From contig CANHFG010000001.1 of assembly GCA_947459875.1 (NCBI GenBank), positions 43,624-107,623 of the forward strand: DNA of 64,000 nt. The letters are read 5' to 3'. Source of the DNA: Ignavibacteria bacterium (GTDB lineage: Bacteria; Bacteroidota; Ignavibacteria; Kapaibacteriales; Kapaibacteriaceae). The notes under the pieces were generated by a model. The model was not told the DNA's origin. It did no database searches and saw only the letters and a list, made by a program, of their open reading frames with translations. A program made the position numbers and the translations under genes. Below, one piece after another: positions 24,101 through 31,753 of this stretch. Each line of letters starts with the position of its first letter. Position 1 is the first letter of the stretch.

Positions 24101-25744
24101 TTTTCCGTAGCCGTGCAGATTACTCGTGACCCCGATGGCTCAGATCTTGATCGGATTGGTTGCGTCTATTTCCGCTCGATAACAATTCCTACTCTTCGAG
24201 CCATGTCAAGTGTCATACTTCCGTCTCCCGATGCCAGATTCGATGATTTGCCACCAGGGGCGTACACGATTTCCGCCAAGCTGTTCTTTTCCGATAGTGA
24301 TGCTGAGTCAGCAAATGACTCCACATGCACGCGAGTTGTCATTAATCATGGTAGCGTTCTGGCGTATGAGTACGATGCCGACAGCGCGATCAATCGCGTT
24401 CCGCTGCCTCAGTTCTCTGGTATCGCTGGCAAGGGGCTCAATGCTCCCGGCAATAGCATTGCAGCGTGCTTTACCATCGTTGCGAGCGATTCGATCCTCG
24501 GCTATCAGATGCTATGGGGAGAATTGAACAGCAATCCCGACCCGGTTGAGATCAGCCTCAAGATGGAGACAGGAGAACAGATCCTGGTTGATGTGCCCGG
24601 CTCCGCGATCGTAAGACTCCGCGGCATGGATGATCTCGTACCGGGAAGTAGCCCACAGTTCGGACGAAACATCACCTACAAGCTGCCGAAGCCGTTAAAG
24701 CTTAACAGAGGTCGGTATTGGATCAGTGTCCGTCAGCTAGCGGAAAGGGGCATTGAGCTCGGAGCATCGGCTGACCGCATGGGAATGGTGACAACGATGG
24801 TAACCGAAGCGGGTTCGGGCAAGGACAGCTGTCTTTCGCTCTATGCAGACAGAAACCTTCGTCGACGTCTGCGAAGCGGGACTATGATTAATGACCAGCT
24901 GTTTGCAAATCTGAGGTCGAGTCCGAGTGGTGCTGTTGATTGGTTTGCGCCAACCGGCGGTACACCACTGTTGCCGCATCTGGACATCAAGGGAACAGTG
25001 AGAGGTTTTGAGACATTTACTCAGGGGTCGTGGATTCCCATGATACGGCCGTACTTTGGACCACGCCTGCAGCGTTACTCGTGGTCGTGTTTCGTGCCAG
25101 TCGTCCTCTCAGCCTTCGACGCTCGCCGCCGAGGCGCAGCCGTGGATCTCTTCTGGCAAACGGAATCCGAGCTGAACAATGCCGGATTCCTCATCGACCG
25201 TCGCCCAACGGATAGTGCAACTATTCTGGATGTTCGTGCTCGTGGTCTGTCTTGCGCTGATCACTACCAGAGCAAGACGCGTCCATGGAGCGAAATTGGT
25301 TTTGTCTCCGGCAAAGGCACATCTGCGCAGCAAGCGGACTACAGCTTTACGGATGTGAGCGCGTCAGTCGATAGCGCATTTGAGTATCGACTCCGGCAGA
25401 TTGAGGCGGGTTCGGGAGTTGCATACTCTGGCGTTGTTTCCGTCCCGAGGGGCAACGATGGTGATGTTGCAATGGACGAGCCTCACCCCAATCCGTCGTC
25501 AGGAAGCATCGTTCTGTCATTCAAATGCCCGAATCGGTCCCTCGTGCGCTTAGAAATCATCGATGCATTAGGCCGGCCTGTGATTCTGCTTTACGATGAT
25601 GTCGTAGAGGGAGTGTCTCAACGATACGTTTTGGGCTGGGATGGAAGATCCAATAATGGCGCCGAGGTGCCAAGCGGAGCATACTTCTGCAAGCTGACGG
25701 CTGGGGGCACTACTGTGTCGAAGGTTATCACCATCACCAGATAG
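21161..25744 (+). CDS. Giant secreted protein of unknown function with a T9SS C-terminal sorting domain (paralog B, ~1527 aa)
   Basis: Signal peptide MKQSAVVYLVALCSYINTVTAQ. Collinear blocks shared with paralog A include GYYFVDSD, AFFRNPGD, AFAGPI-IGFPF-FNGVRQDSFYVSTNGLIA, QYGGDELRSFP, QPFQ-WGGGG-ARGFD, ARNFRFRLR and GASE-RMGMVTT. The CTD is ...HPNPSSGSIVLSFKCP...KLTAGGTTVSKVITITR. Confidence 0.85.
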   Translation: MKQSAVVYLVALCSYINTVTAQEKQNDEAIAQRRSHTHAAGSTYPQPFVGSGANNREAVAVSSGYYFVDSDEAISDPWKPSANEFEDTLNDRGSWKRIVSGPNQYDASFWSDQRRNAYGGMAFFRNPGDLKDSTDDAFAGPIAIGFPFSFNGVRQDSFYVSTNGLIAFSNRRYHYRTDVNGALLSRELRLASTGVLSAYDSQSDDPRHRSGDGMSDATDDSWGYTAVACAGSPSSPKAGIRTKQNLRLDSNGLSAVWGSILPQVVAPSWDDLQVSVVNGADLSVDDFSRVYYKRIPNSDRIVIYFVNLTPIGLKRARIGNQPISEVAFAANNRPGFGEHYRFSVQVTLNGADSSVTVQYDRFAGTAPRLSATSYPAHVWMRCNSTVGVIGAARRLDWAGFPSSVPALSVLDYLVPKYVQSTVYLHNIDTDATSAVTPSGASPLGRDFPSDRLAVRFAQHRNMVRAVSVSYRVRSQQAGSSLAYSTLVPSGSVDGYEVLAGDERLGPLQPVALVQSLSNDIQGPAGVNYQRQGIQMRVRCRILNASSGDLVYDVSKVVTDATLRDTNISQTFRANADGTNRPYEPSGRAVLPYEYVKVVFPAFEPNPLNAKHVGTLLTRVSVEALTSESAPIVDRWPFDDTIAAKLHALVRLSTLAETGDGYHLLDSVAIPSPLRWVNIGAEVVDGDRTTYLAPPPIGTSRCANRSEFVLNSPVIRMNRVHHDGSEIPKPGQYGGDELRSFPIDLLGKKGAVLSISYHRTGKGAKTDRGFSDLRLIGPEHRVAMLTSSGEMKTYREPDKLLVEFARPSDDSVTGITNVQQWVLDYQGRRAEYMQPFQIWGGGGNARGFDSQDYNRQLSSDPVSGRTGLMPDLYDEGKDIEFRKLFIQIPDTVFRWSAQGARNFRFRLRTHCLNHGIAGGPVDDSDDFFIDNVKVLYTQEIPDIEMSSIRLHQPYTMAPPTQLGSVPVRFQLSNLSTVVSPSFSVAVQITRDPDGSDLDRIGCVYFRSITIPTLRAMSSVILPSPDARFDDLPPGAYTISAKLFFSDSDAESANDSTCTRVVINHGSVLAYEYDADSAINRVPLPQFSGIAGKGLNAPGNSIAACFTIVASDSILGYQMLWGELNSNPDPVEISLKMETGEQILVDVPGSAIVRLRGMDDLVPGSSPQFGRNITYKLPKPLKLNRGRYWISVRQLAERGIELGASADRMGMVTTMVTEAGSGKDSCLSLYADRNLRRRLRSGTMINDQLFANLRSSPSGAVDWFAPTGGTPLLPHLDIKGTVRGFETFTQGSWIPMIRPYFGPRLQRYSWSCFVPVVLSAFDARRRGAAVDLFWQTESELNNAGFLIDRRPTDSATILDVRARGLSCADHYQSKTRPWSEIGFVSGKGTSAQQADYSFTDVSASVDSAFEYRLRQIEAGSGVAYSGVVSVPRGNDGDVAMDEPHPNPSSGSIVLSFKCPNRSLVRLEIIDALGRPVILLYDDVVEGVSQRYVLGWDGRSNNGAEVPSGAYFCKLTAGGTTVSKVITITR

Positions 25745-25773
25745 TAACCTGAAGTTGATGGCACCATCTGCTG

Positions 25774-25873
25774 CCACCGCGCCATCGGCGTGCTCCGGGT
25801 TGTCAATGGTTCAGAGCTTGTTGGCGTCATCCGACTGCACGATGTCGTCCGCGCTCAGATGGCAGGGTAGGAG
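25774..25873 (+). repeat. Direct repeat copy 2: an orphan fragment of the kpsF 3' end
   Basis: Near-identical to 20968..21067 and starts within 30 nt of the giant gene B stop. The antisense ORFs 20771..21025 and 25618..25830 have near-identical translations (MTPTSSEPLTT...). Confidence 0.9.
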
Positions 25874-25886
25874 CAGAACGAGCCGA

Positions 25887-26927
25887 CTAGCGGATTGACC
25901 GCGGCGGCGTCTTTGTGATCGTTTGTTCCTGCTGACGCGGCCGCTTTTTCGGCGATGCAGGCTGCTGACGAGACCGTGCCTTGAGCTTGTCGCGCTTTTC
26001 GCGGGCAAGGCGCTGGTTTTCCTGGCGTCGCACAATACGGATAGAGTCGCGGCGCTGCTGCTCTCGGATGGAATCCCGACGGGCACGCTCAGGGTCAGCC
26101 GGTGCGGTGACCATCTTTGTGCTGGTGTTCGATGCGATCACTTCCGTGCGGGTGATCACGAGCTCGCGCAACACTTCGCCCCTTTTGCCATAGCGTGGAA
26201 GGGGCTGCCCATCACGAGAAAACTGTATCGCACCGGCGTTGAAGATATTGCTGACCGTGAAGCGATTCATCGCGCTCCATCGGTGCTCGATCTCCGGCAT
26301 CATCGTGATCTTCTGATAGCGTGTCCCATCCATGGTGATGGTCAGCTCTGCGGTGTCGGATGATACCGCTGAAAGGACCAGGCTGTCTTCCACGGCGGCA
26401 CCGGTGACGTCAACGATCTCTTCAGGTACATCATTCGGCGAGCCACTTCCCGAGCGCGAGATCAGAAACCAGGCCATGCATATGAGGACAAGCAGACCTA
26501 TGGAGGCAAACAAAATCGTTCTCGGCGTGAAACGGCTACTGCCGGCTTTGGCGCGTGACTGGATCGTTCGGAGCGTCTCGATCAGCGCTGTCAGAGGGTC
26601 TGACGAATCAGAGCTGCGTTGATCCTTTGATGTTGATGGTGCAGCCGATGCGCCGCTGCGCTGCTGTGAAAACGATGGCATCGAGGAGTCGGAATCTGCG
26701 TCAAGACACTGACTGATGAGACGGTTGATCTCATTCGGAGCGATACCGAGTTCCGCGGCGATTGTGCGGATGAACGAGCGAACGTAAACGGCAGGCAGAA
26801 CGTTATAGGAGGCCTTCTCGATGGCCTGGATGTACGGCTCGCGTATCTTCGTTCTTTCTGCAAGATCGAAGGTCGATAGTCCGCGTCGAACCCGTTCGTG
26901 GGCAAGCCGTTGAGAGAGTTGATCCAT
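25887..26927 (-). CDS. rodZ: RodZ-like protein (N-terminal HTH, one TM helix, DUF4115-like domain) with an extra Arg/Lys-rich C-terminal tail
   Basis: MDQLSQRLAHERVRRGLSTFDLAERTKIREPYIQAIEKASYNVLPAVYVRSFIRTIAAELGI is an XRE/RodZ HTH. TM helix ILFASIGLLVLICMAWFLI. The C-terminal region has a ...NAGAIQFSRDGQPLPRYGKRGEV pattern. The start is taken at the internal ATG (MDQLS). Confidence 0.7.
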   Translation of the reverse strand: MDQLSQRLAHERVRRGLSTFDLAERTKIREPYIQAIEKASYNVLPAVYVRSFIRTIAAELGIAPNEINRLISQCLDADSDSSMPSFSQQRSGASAAPSTSKDQRSSDSSDPLTALIETLRTIQSRAKAGSSRFTPRTILFASIGLLVLICMAWFLISRSGSGSPNDVPEEIVDVTGAAVEDSLVLSAVSSDTAELTITMDGTRYQKITMMPEIEHRWSAMNRFTVSNIFNAGAIQFSRDGQPLPRYGKRGEVLRELVITRTEVIASNTSTKMVTAPADPERARRDSIREQQRRDSIRIVRRQENQRLAREKRDKLKARSRQQPASPKKRPRQQEQTITKTPPRSIR

Positions 26928-27015
26928 GGCCCGTAAATGGATCTTCGTGTGAGATTTCGTGCGACACAAATATCATGCAAAAGAGCGCACTCCAACAGCA
27001 TAAAATTGTGGACAA

Positions 27016-27591
27016 ATGACAATGTCGTACCCCGAGCCCTGGATCGTCCTGCAGCATGGAGCCTACGTGGCCTTTGCCTTTAGCGTGTTGCTCTTCGGCG
27101 CACTCGCATTTCGGCAGATCCTGGACAACCTGGAGCTTCGACGCCGGCTCAGCGGCGAGGATCTCATGCTACTCTACAGTGCTCCGGGAGTGCTGCTTTC
27201 GCTGGCCGGTATCGGGGCCACAGTCATCGTTGGGCTGATCTGTTACAACATTGAACCACCCACGGTGTTCCGCTACGCCCTGCCGCTGGTAGGGGGCGTG
27301 CAGATGGCTCAGATCGCGCTGCGCCTTCACTTTCAGCGCACACGCCTGCGGACGCTTGCTCTCGTCATCCGGCCGATCGTGCGTTCTGGGCCGATCGTGA
27401 TCCCTTACGCAGAGATGACCAGCATCGAGCTCATCAGCACCATGCTTTGGACCACCGTGCGGGTAACGCAAGGTCAGGGCGAGGCCGTAGCCTTTCGTAT
27501 TTTCCCGTTCCAAAGGGCTCGACTCGAGCAACGGCTTCGGCTTGTCAGCTCGGCTACGATCCAATCCAATCACACCGCCGGCATCAGATAA
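27016..27591 (+). CDS. Hypothetical membrane protein (two TM helices plus a small soluble domain)
   Basis: Hydrophobic segments YVAFAFSVLLFGALAF and VLLSLAGIGATVIVGLICY. No known motif. Confidence 0.5.
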   Translation: MTMSYPEPWIVLQHGAYVAFAFSVLLFGALAFRQILDNLELRRRLSGEDLMLLYSAPGVLLSLAGIGATVIVGLICYNIEPPTVFRYALPLVGGVQMAQIALRLHFQRTRLRTLALVIRPIVRSGPIVIPYAEMTSIELISTMLWTTVRVTQGQGEAVAFRIFPFQRARLEQRLRLVSSATIQSNHTAGIR

Positions 27592-27606
27592 CACCGCATT
27601 CCCTTC

Positions 27607-28965
27607 ATGAAATCATCAATCCGCATCGCCTCCGGTCAGGGCTTCTGGGGCGACCTCCAGAAAGCCCCCTACGAACAAGTCACCCGTGGTCCGATCGACT
27701 ACCTCGTGATGGACTATCTGGCCGAGGTGACCATGTCGATCCTGCAGAAGCAGCGCATGCGTAATCCTGATCTTGGATATGCGAAGGACCTGATCGATGT
27801 CTGCGAGCAGATCCTGCCGACCATCATGCAGAAGGGCATCACGCTGATCACCAACGGTGGCGGTGTAAACCCGCTGGCTGCCCGTGACCGCATATTCGAG
27901 GTGGCGCGGCGTCTTGGAATCACCGGACTCAAGGTGGGCGTGGTTCTCGGCGACGATATCCTTCCGGAAATTTCATCGCTCGTCGATGCCGGACATGAAC
28001 TGCGACACATGGAGACCGGACAGCCCATCGCGGAGGTCAAAGACAAGCTCCTGAGCGCCAACGTTTACACCGGTGCATGGCCCGTTGTTGAAGCACTCCG
28101 GCAGGGTGCGCAGATCATCATTACCGGTCGCACGACCGACACAGGACTTACGCTCGCTCCGATGATCCACGAGTTCGGATGGGGCGAATCGGACTGGGAT
28201 CTTCTTGCTGCCGGTACCGTGGCCGGACATATCAACGAATGTGGTGCTCAGGCAACGGGCGGAAATTTTCTCGGCGACTGGCGCACGCTGCCGAATATGG
28301 CCGATGTGGGATTCCCGATCATCGAAGCCTATCCGGATGGCTCGTTTGTCGTGACAAAGCACGAGGGCACAGGCGGACGTGTAAGCCGGGAAACCGTCAG
28401 CGAACAGCTGATGTACGAGATCGGTGATCCGACGGCGTATATCACACCTGACTGTATTGCCGACTTTTCGACGATCCAGCTGGAAGATCTCGGCAACGAT
28501 CGCGTTCGCGTGTTCGGCATCAAGGGGCGTCCTTTCACACCCACGTATAAGGTCAGCGCCTCGTACCTTGACGGCTATGTTGCGTTTGGATCGTTGACAT
28601 ACTCAGCGCCCGACGCGTATGAAAAGGCAACCGTGGCCGACCGTATTCTACGTGAGCGTCTCGCCATGCTCGGTCTTGAATTCGATGAAGTGCGCACCGA
28701 GTTCGTGGGTATGAATGCCTGTCATGGTGCCATCGCGCCGCAGATCGTGCCCAATGAGGTTATGATGCGTATCGGTGTGCGTGGACGGGACCGAAGAGCC
28801 GTTGAAGCATTCTCCAAGGAGATCGCGCCACTGATCCTGACCGGTCCGCCGAGCGTGACAGGCTTCTCGGGCGGACGGCCCAAGCCGAGTGACGTCGTGG
28901 CGTACTTCCCGGCACTACTCGACAAGCGCGTAGTGAACATGCGTATTCAGGTCGATGCGCTGTAA
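27607..28965 (+). CDS. DUF1446 family protein (AtuA-like, acyclic terpene utilisation family)
   Basis: N-terminal IRIASGQGFWGD and overall resemblance to the AtuA N-domain, 452 aa. Confidence 0.7.
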   Translation: MKSSIRIASGQGFWGDLQKAPYEQVTRGPIDYLVMDYLAEVTMSILQKQRMRNPDLGYAKDLIDVCEQILPTIMQKGITLITNGGGVNPLAARDRIFEVARRLGITGLKVGVVLGDDILPEISSLVDAGHELRHMETGQPIAEVKDKLLSANVYTGAWPVVEALRQGAQIIITGRTTDTGLTLAPMIHEFGWGESDWDLLAAGTVAGHINECGAQATGGNFLGDWRTLPNMADVGFPIIEAYPDGSFVVTKHEGTGGRVSRETVSEQLMYEIGDPTAYITPDCIADFSTIQLEDLGNDRVRVFGIKGRPFTPTYKVSASYLDGYVAFGSLTYSAPDAYEKATVADRILRERLAMLGLEFDEVRTEFVGMNACHGAIAPQIVPNEVMMRIGVRGRDRRAVEAFSKEIAPLILTGPPSVTGFSGGRPKPSDVVAYFPALLDKRVVNMRIQVDAL

Positions 28966-29935
28966 GCTCTGTATCACGTTTATCATGCTGGGCGTTTTTG
29001 CCAAGGCCTCGGCATTGCCGGCTGATTCGCTGTACCTGTTCCGAGATGAGTTCACCGACGCCGGGCGTCCTCGATATACATTCACCGGAAGCACCCCACG
29101 CCGGGTGACACAGGTGCAGGCTGTGCCGACCATGGCGATCGCAGCAGCATATACGGGACTATTTGTCGTGCTGCAGGCGCAGATGTCAAACTCGTGGTGG
29201 CAACGCAGCGGCAGTTTCAAGATCCAGGAAGACGGCGGCTACGCCAAGTACGTCGACAAGGCCGGTCATTTCTTCACCGGGTTCACCATGAGCACCATTA
29301 TGGGGGATGCCCTCATGGAGTGTGGCTTCAGTTATGAGACCTCGTCGTGGCTTGGTGCCACCCTCGGGCTTGCCTACATGACGACCGTGGAAATCCAGGA
29401 TGGCTATGCCACATCATGGGGCTTTTCTCCATCGGATCAGATCGCCAATACCACCGGGGCCGTTTTCTATGCCGCCCGCAACCTTATCCCGGCCCTGCAG
29501 AACATCACTCCGCGCTGGAGCTACGTTCCGGGGCGGCTGGTTGGAGAGCGGATGACCACTGAGCGCCCCCTGACCATTTTTGATGACTATAACAGCACCA
29601 TTTTCTGGCTCAACTTCAACGTCGAGAACATGCTTCCGCGCACGTGGGCCGAATATTGGCCGGATTGGATGACCCTCAGCGTTGGCTACGGCTGCCGTGA
29701 TTATGAGGTGCGCAGCAGTCTTCCTGATGGACCCTTGCTGCCAGTACGGTCGCGGGCCATGATCGGGATCGATTATGACTGGCTGAAGATCATTCCTGAA
29801 TCCAGCATCGGTGTGCTCAATTACGTTCGCCAGGCCCTGAATTACATCCGACTGCCGGGACCAACGCTGGAGTTCTCCGATTCTGGCGTGCGGTTTGCCG
29901 TTCTCTACCCTTTTGCCGTGGTGGTGCCGTTTTGA
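28955..29935 (+). CDS. DUF2279-like predicted periplasmic lipoprotein or secreted protein
   Basis: Signal-like N-terminus and SWWQRSG...DGGYAKYVDKAGHFFTG motif. Overlaps its neighbours by a few nt. Confidence 0.55.
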   Translation: MRCKLCITFIMLGVFAKASALPADSLYLFRDEFTDAGRPRYTFTGSTPRRVTQVQAVPTMAIAAAYTGLFVVLQAQMSNSWWQRSGSFKIQEDGGYAKYVDKAGHFFTGFTMSTIMGDALMECGFSYETSSWLGATLGLAYMTTVEIQDGYATSWGFSPSDQIANTTGAVFYAARNLIPALQNITPRWSYVPGRLVGERMTTERPLTIFDDYNSTIFWLNFNVENMLPRTWAEYWPDWMTLSVGYGCRDYEVRSSLPDGPLLPVRSRAMIGIDYDWLKIIPESSIGVLNYVRQALNYIRLPGPTLEFSDSGVRFAVLYPFAVVVPF

Positions 29936-30702
29936 TAAATGCCGGCCATACCTCACAGAATGAGATCCTGCTCAGCGTGGTGGTTCCGACGTTGCAGGAG
30001 GAGAAGCTTCTTGAACGTACGCTCATGGTGTTTGACTCCGAATGGAGAAAGACGAATTCGGCCGAGCTGATCGTTAGCGACGGTGGCAGTACTGACGGGA
30101 CACTGGAGATCGCGCAGCGGCATGCCGACGTTGTGGTGCGCCACCTGGCCGATCATCGGCAGACGATCGCCGAAGGACGCAACTGTGGTGCAGCCGTTGC
30201 TCGGGGCAAGGTCATTGTCTTCATCAATGGCGATACCATCCCGGCTGACCGGGAGGCGTTTACACGGGTCATCGTTGACCTGGCCATGCGCCGCGGTCCG
30301 TACGGGCGGGCTTCGGCCCTTGCCTGCCCGGTGCGCTTTGAACCACACGAAGAGGGTCTCGGAGACGTGCTGTTTCTGGGATTCTACAACAACCTCGCAC
30401 GCGCGTTGTGCTTCATTCGGGTAGGCTCAGGAAGGGGCGAGTGTCAGGTTGTCCGGCGCGATGTCTTCAACACCGTTGGAGGGTACAAGAAACACCTTGT
30501 TGCCGGAGAAGATTTCGAACTTCTCGGCCGAATCGGTATGATGGCACGCGTGCAGTATGCCCCGGAACTGGTCGTTTTCGAGTCGCCCAGACGGTTCCGC
30601 AAGTTTGGGTATCTTCGAACGATTCGCTCATGGATCGGTAACGGTCTGAGCGTAATCTTCCGAGGACGCTCGTCGTCAGACGAGTGGGAGCCGGTGCGAT
30701 AG
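29932..30702 (+). CDS. Family 2 glycosyltransferase
   Basis: LSVVVPTLQEE...SDGGSTDGT...NGDT...GED GT-A motifs, 256 aa. Confidence 0.75.
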   Translation: MINAGHTSQNEILLSVVVPTLQEEKLLERTLMVFDSEWRKTNSAELIVSDGGSTDGTLEIAQRHADVVVRHLADHRQTIAEGRNCGAAVARGKVIVFINGDTIPADREAFTRVIVDLAMRRGPYGRASALACPVRFEPHEEGLGDVLFLGFYNNLARALCFIRVGSGRGECQVVRRDVFNTVGGYKKHLVAGEDFELLGRIGMMARVQYAPELVVFESPRRFRKFGYLRTIRSWIGNGLSVIFRGRSSSDEWEPVR

Positions 30703-30735
30703 CCGGCAATTGGATTTTTGCAGACTCCCTGACCT

Positions 30736-31725
30736 ATGGATTACAAATCAGCAGGCGTTGATATCGAGGCCGGCGAGGCACTCGTTGATGACATCAAGCC
30801 GTATGTAAAGGCAACCCGCACGCCGGGCGTATTGAGCGAGATCGGCCTCTTTGGCGGTCTCTTCGATGCTCGTTTTCCCGGGATGGAGCATCCTGTACTG
30901 GTGGCAAGCACCGACGGAGTAGGGACCAAGCTGAACGTTGCCATCATGGCCGGCAAGCACGACACGGTAGGACAGTGTCTTGTCAACCACTGCGTCAATG
31001 ACATTCTTGCTTGCGGAGCTCGCCCGCTATTCTTTCTGGACTACTTCGCCACGGGTCGACTCGAGCGTGGCGTTGCCCGTGATGTTATCAAGGGCGTTGC
31101 CTTGGCATGCCAGCAGAATGGTGCCGCATTGCTAGGAGGCGAGACAGCCGAAATGCCGTCGCTATACAAAGACGGCGACTATGACATGGCCGGCACGATC
31201 GTCGGCGTCGTTGAAAAGTCGCGTATCCTCAACGGAGCGCACGTCAAACCCGGAGATGTCCTCATCGGACTCCCATCGACGGGACTACACACGAATGGCT
31301 TTTCACTGGCTCGGGCCGCCCTCTTCCCATCGTACCGCACCGATCAATACGTCGATGCACTCGGCACAACGGTTGGTGAGGCTCTGCTGGCCGTGCATGC
31401 GTCATACCTGCGCGTCATCGAGCCCCTTCTCGATGCCGGACTGATCTCGGCTTTGTCGCACATCACCGGCGGTGGCATTGTGGGCAATACGTCGCGGGTG
31501 CTTCAGCCCGGACAGGCACTTGAGGTGCTATGGGGCTCATGGAACATCCCCGAGATCTTTCGTCTTGTACAGCATGCCGGTGATATTGCCGACGAGGAAA
31601 TGCGTCACGTCTTTAATCTCGGCGTCGGTATGATCATGATCGTCAGCCCCGAGCGGGTGGACGAAGTCATGCGCGTGGCGCACCAGTCCGCCCCCTTCAT
31701 CATCGGCCACGTCACGACGGCCTGA
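30736..31725 (+). CDS. purM: Phosphoribosylformylglycinamidine cyclo-ligase
   Basis: YKSAGVDIEAG N-terminus and AIR synthase motifs, 329 aa. Confidence 0.92.
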   Translation: MDYKSAGVDIEAGEALVDDIKPYVKATRTPGVLSEIGLFGGLFDARFPGMEHPVLVASTDGVGTKLNVAIMAGKHDTVGQCLVNHCVNDILACGARPLFFLDYFATGRLERGVARDVIKGVALACQQNGAALLGGETAEMPSLYKDGDYDMAGTIVGVVEKSRILNGAHVKPGDVLIGLPSTGLHTNGFSLARAALFPSYRTDQYVDALGTTVGEALLAVHASYLRVIEPLLDAGLISALSHITGGGIVGNTSRVLQPGQALEVLWGSWNIPEIFRLVQHAGDIADEEMRHVFNLGVGMIMIVSPERVDEVMRVAHQSAPFIIGHVTTA

Positions 31726-31753
31726 GTCGGCTATCGCTGAAGGAGTGTGAGGC

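Noticed and set aside
25774-25873. Truncated kpsF pseudogene call
   Set aside because: Only the last ~30 codons are present, with no upstream coding continuity. It is better described as a repeat or duplication scar than as a pseudogene.
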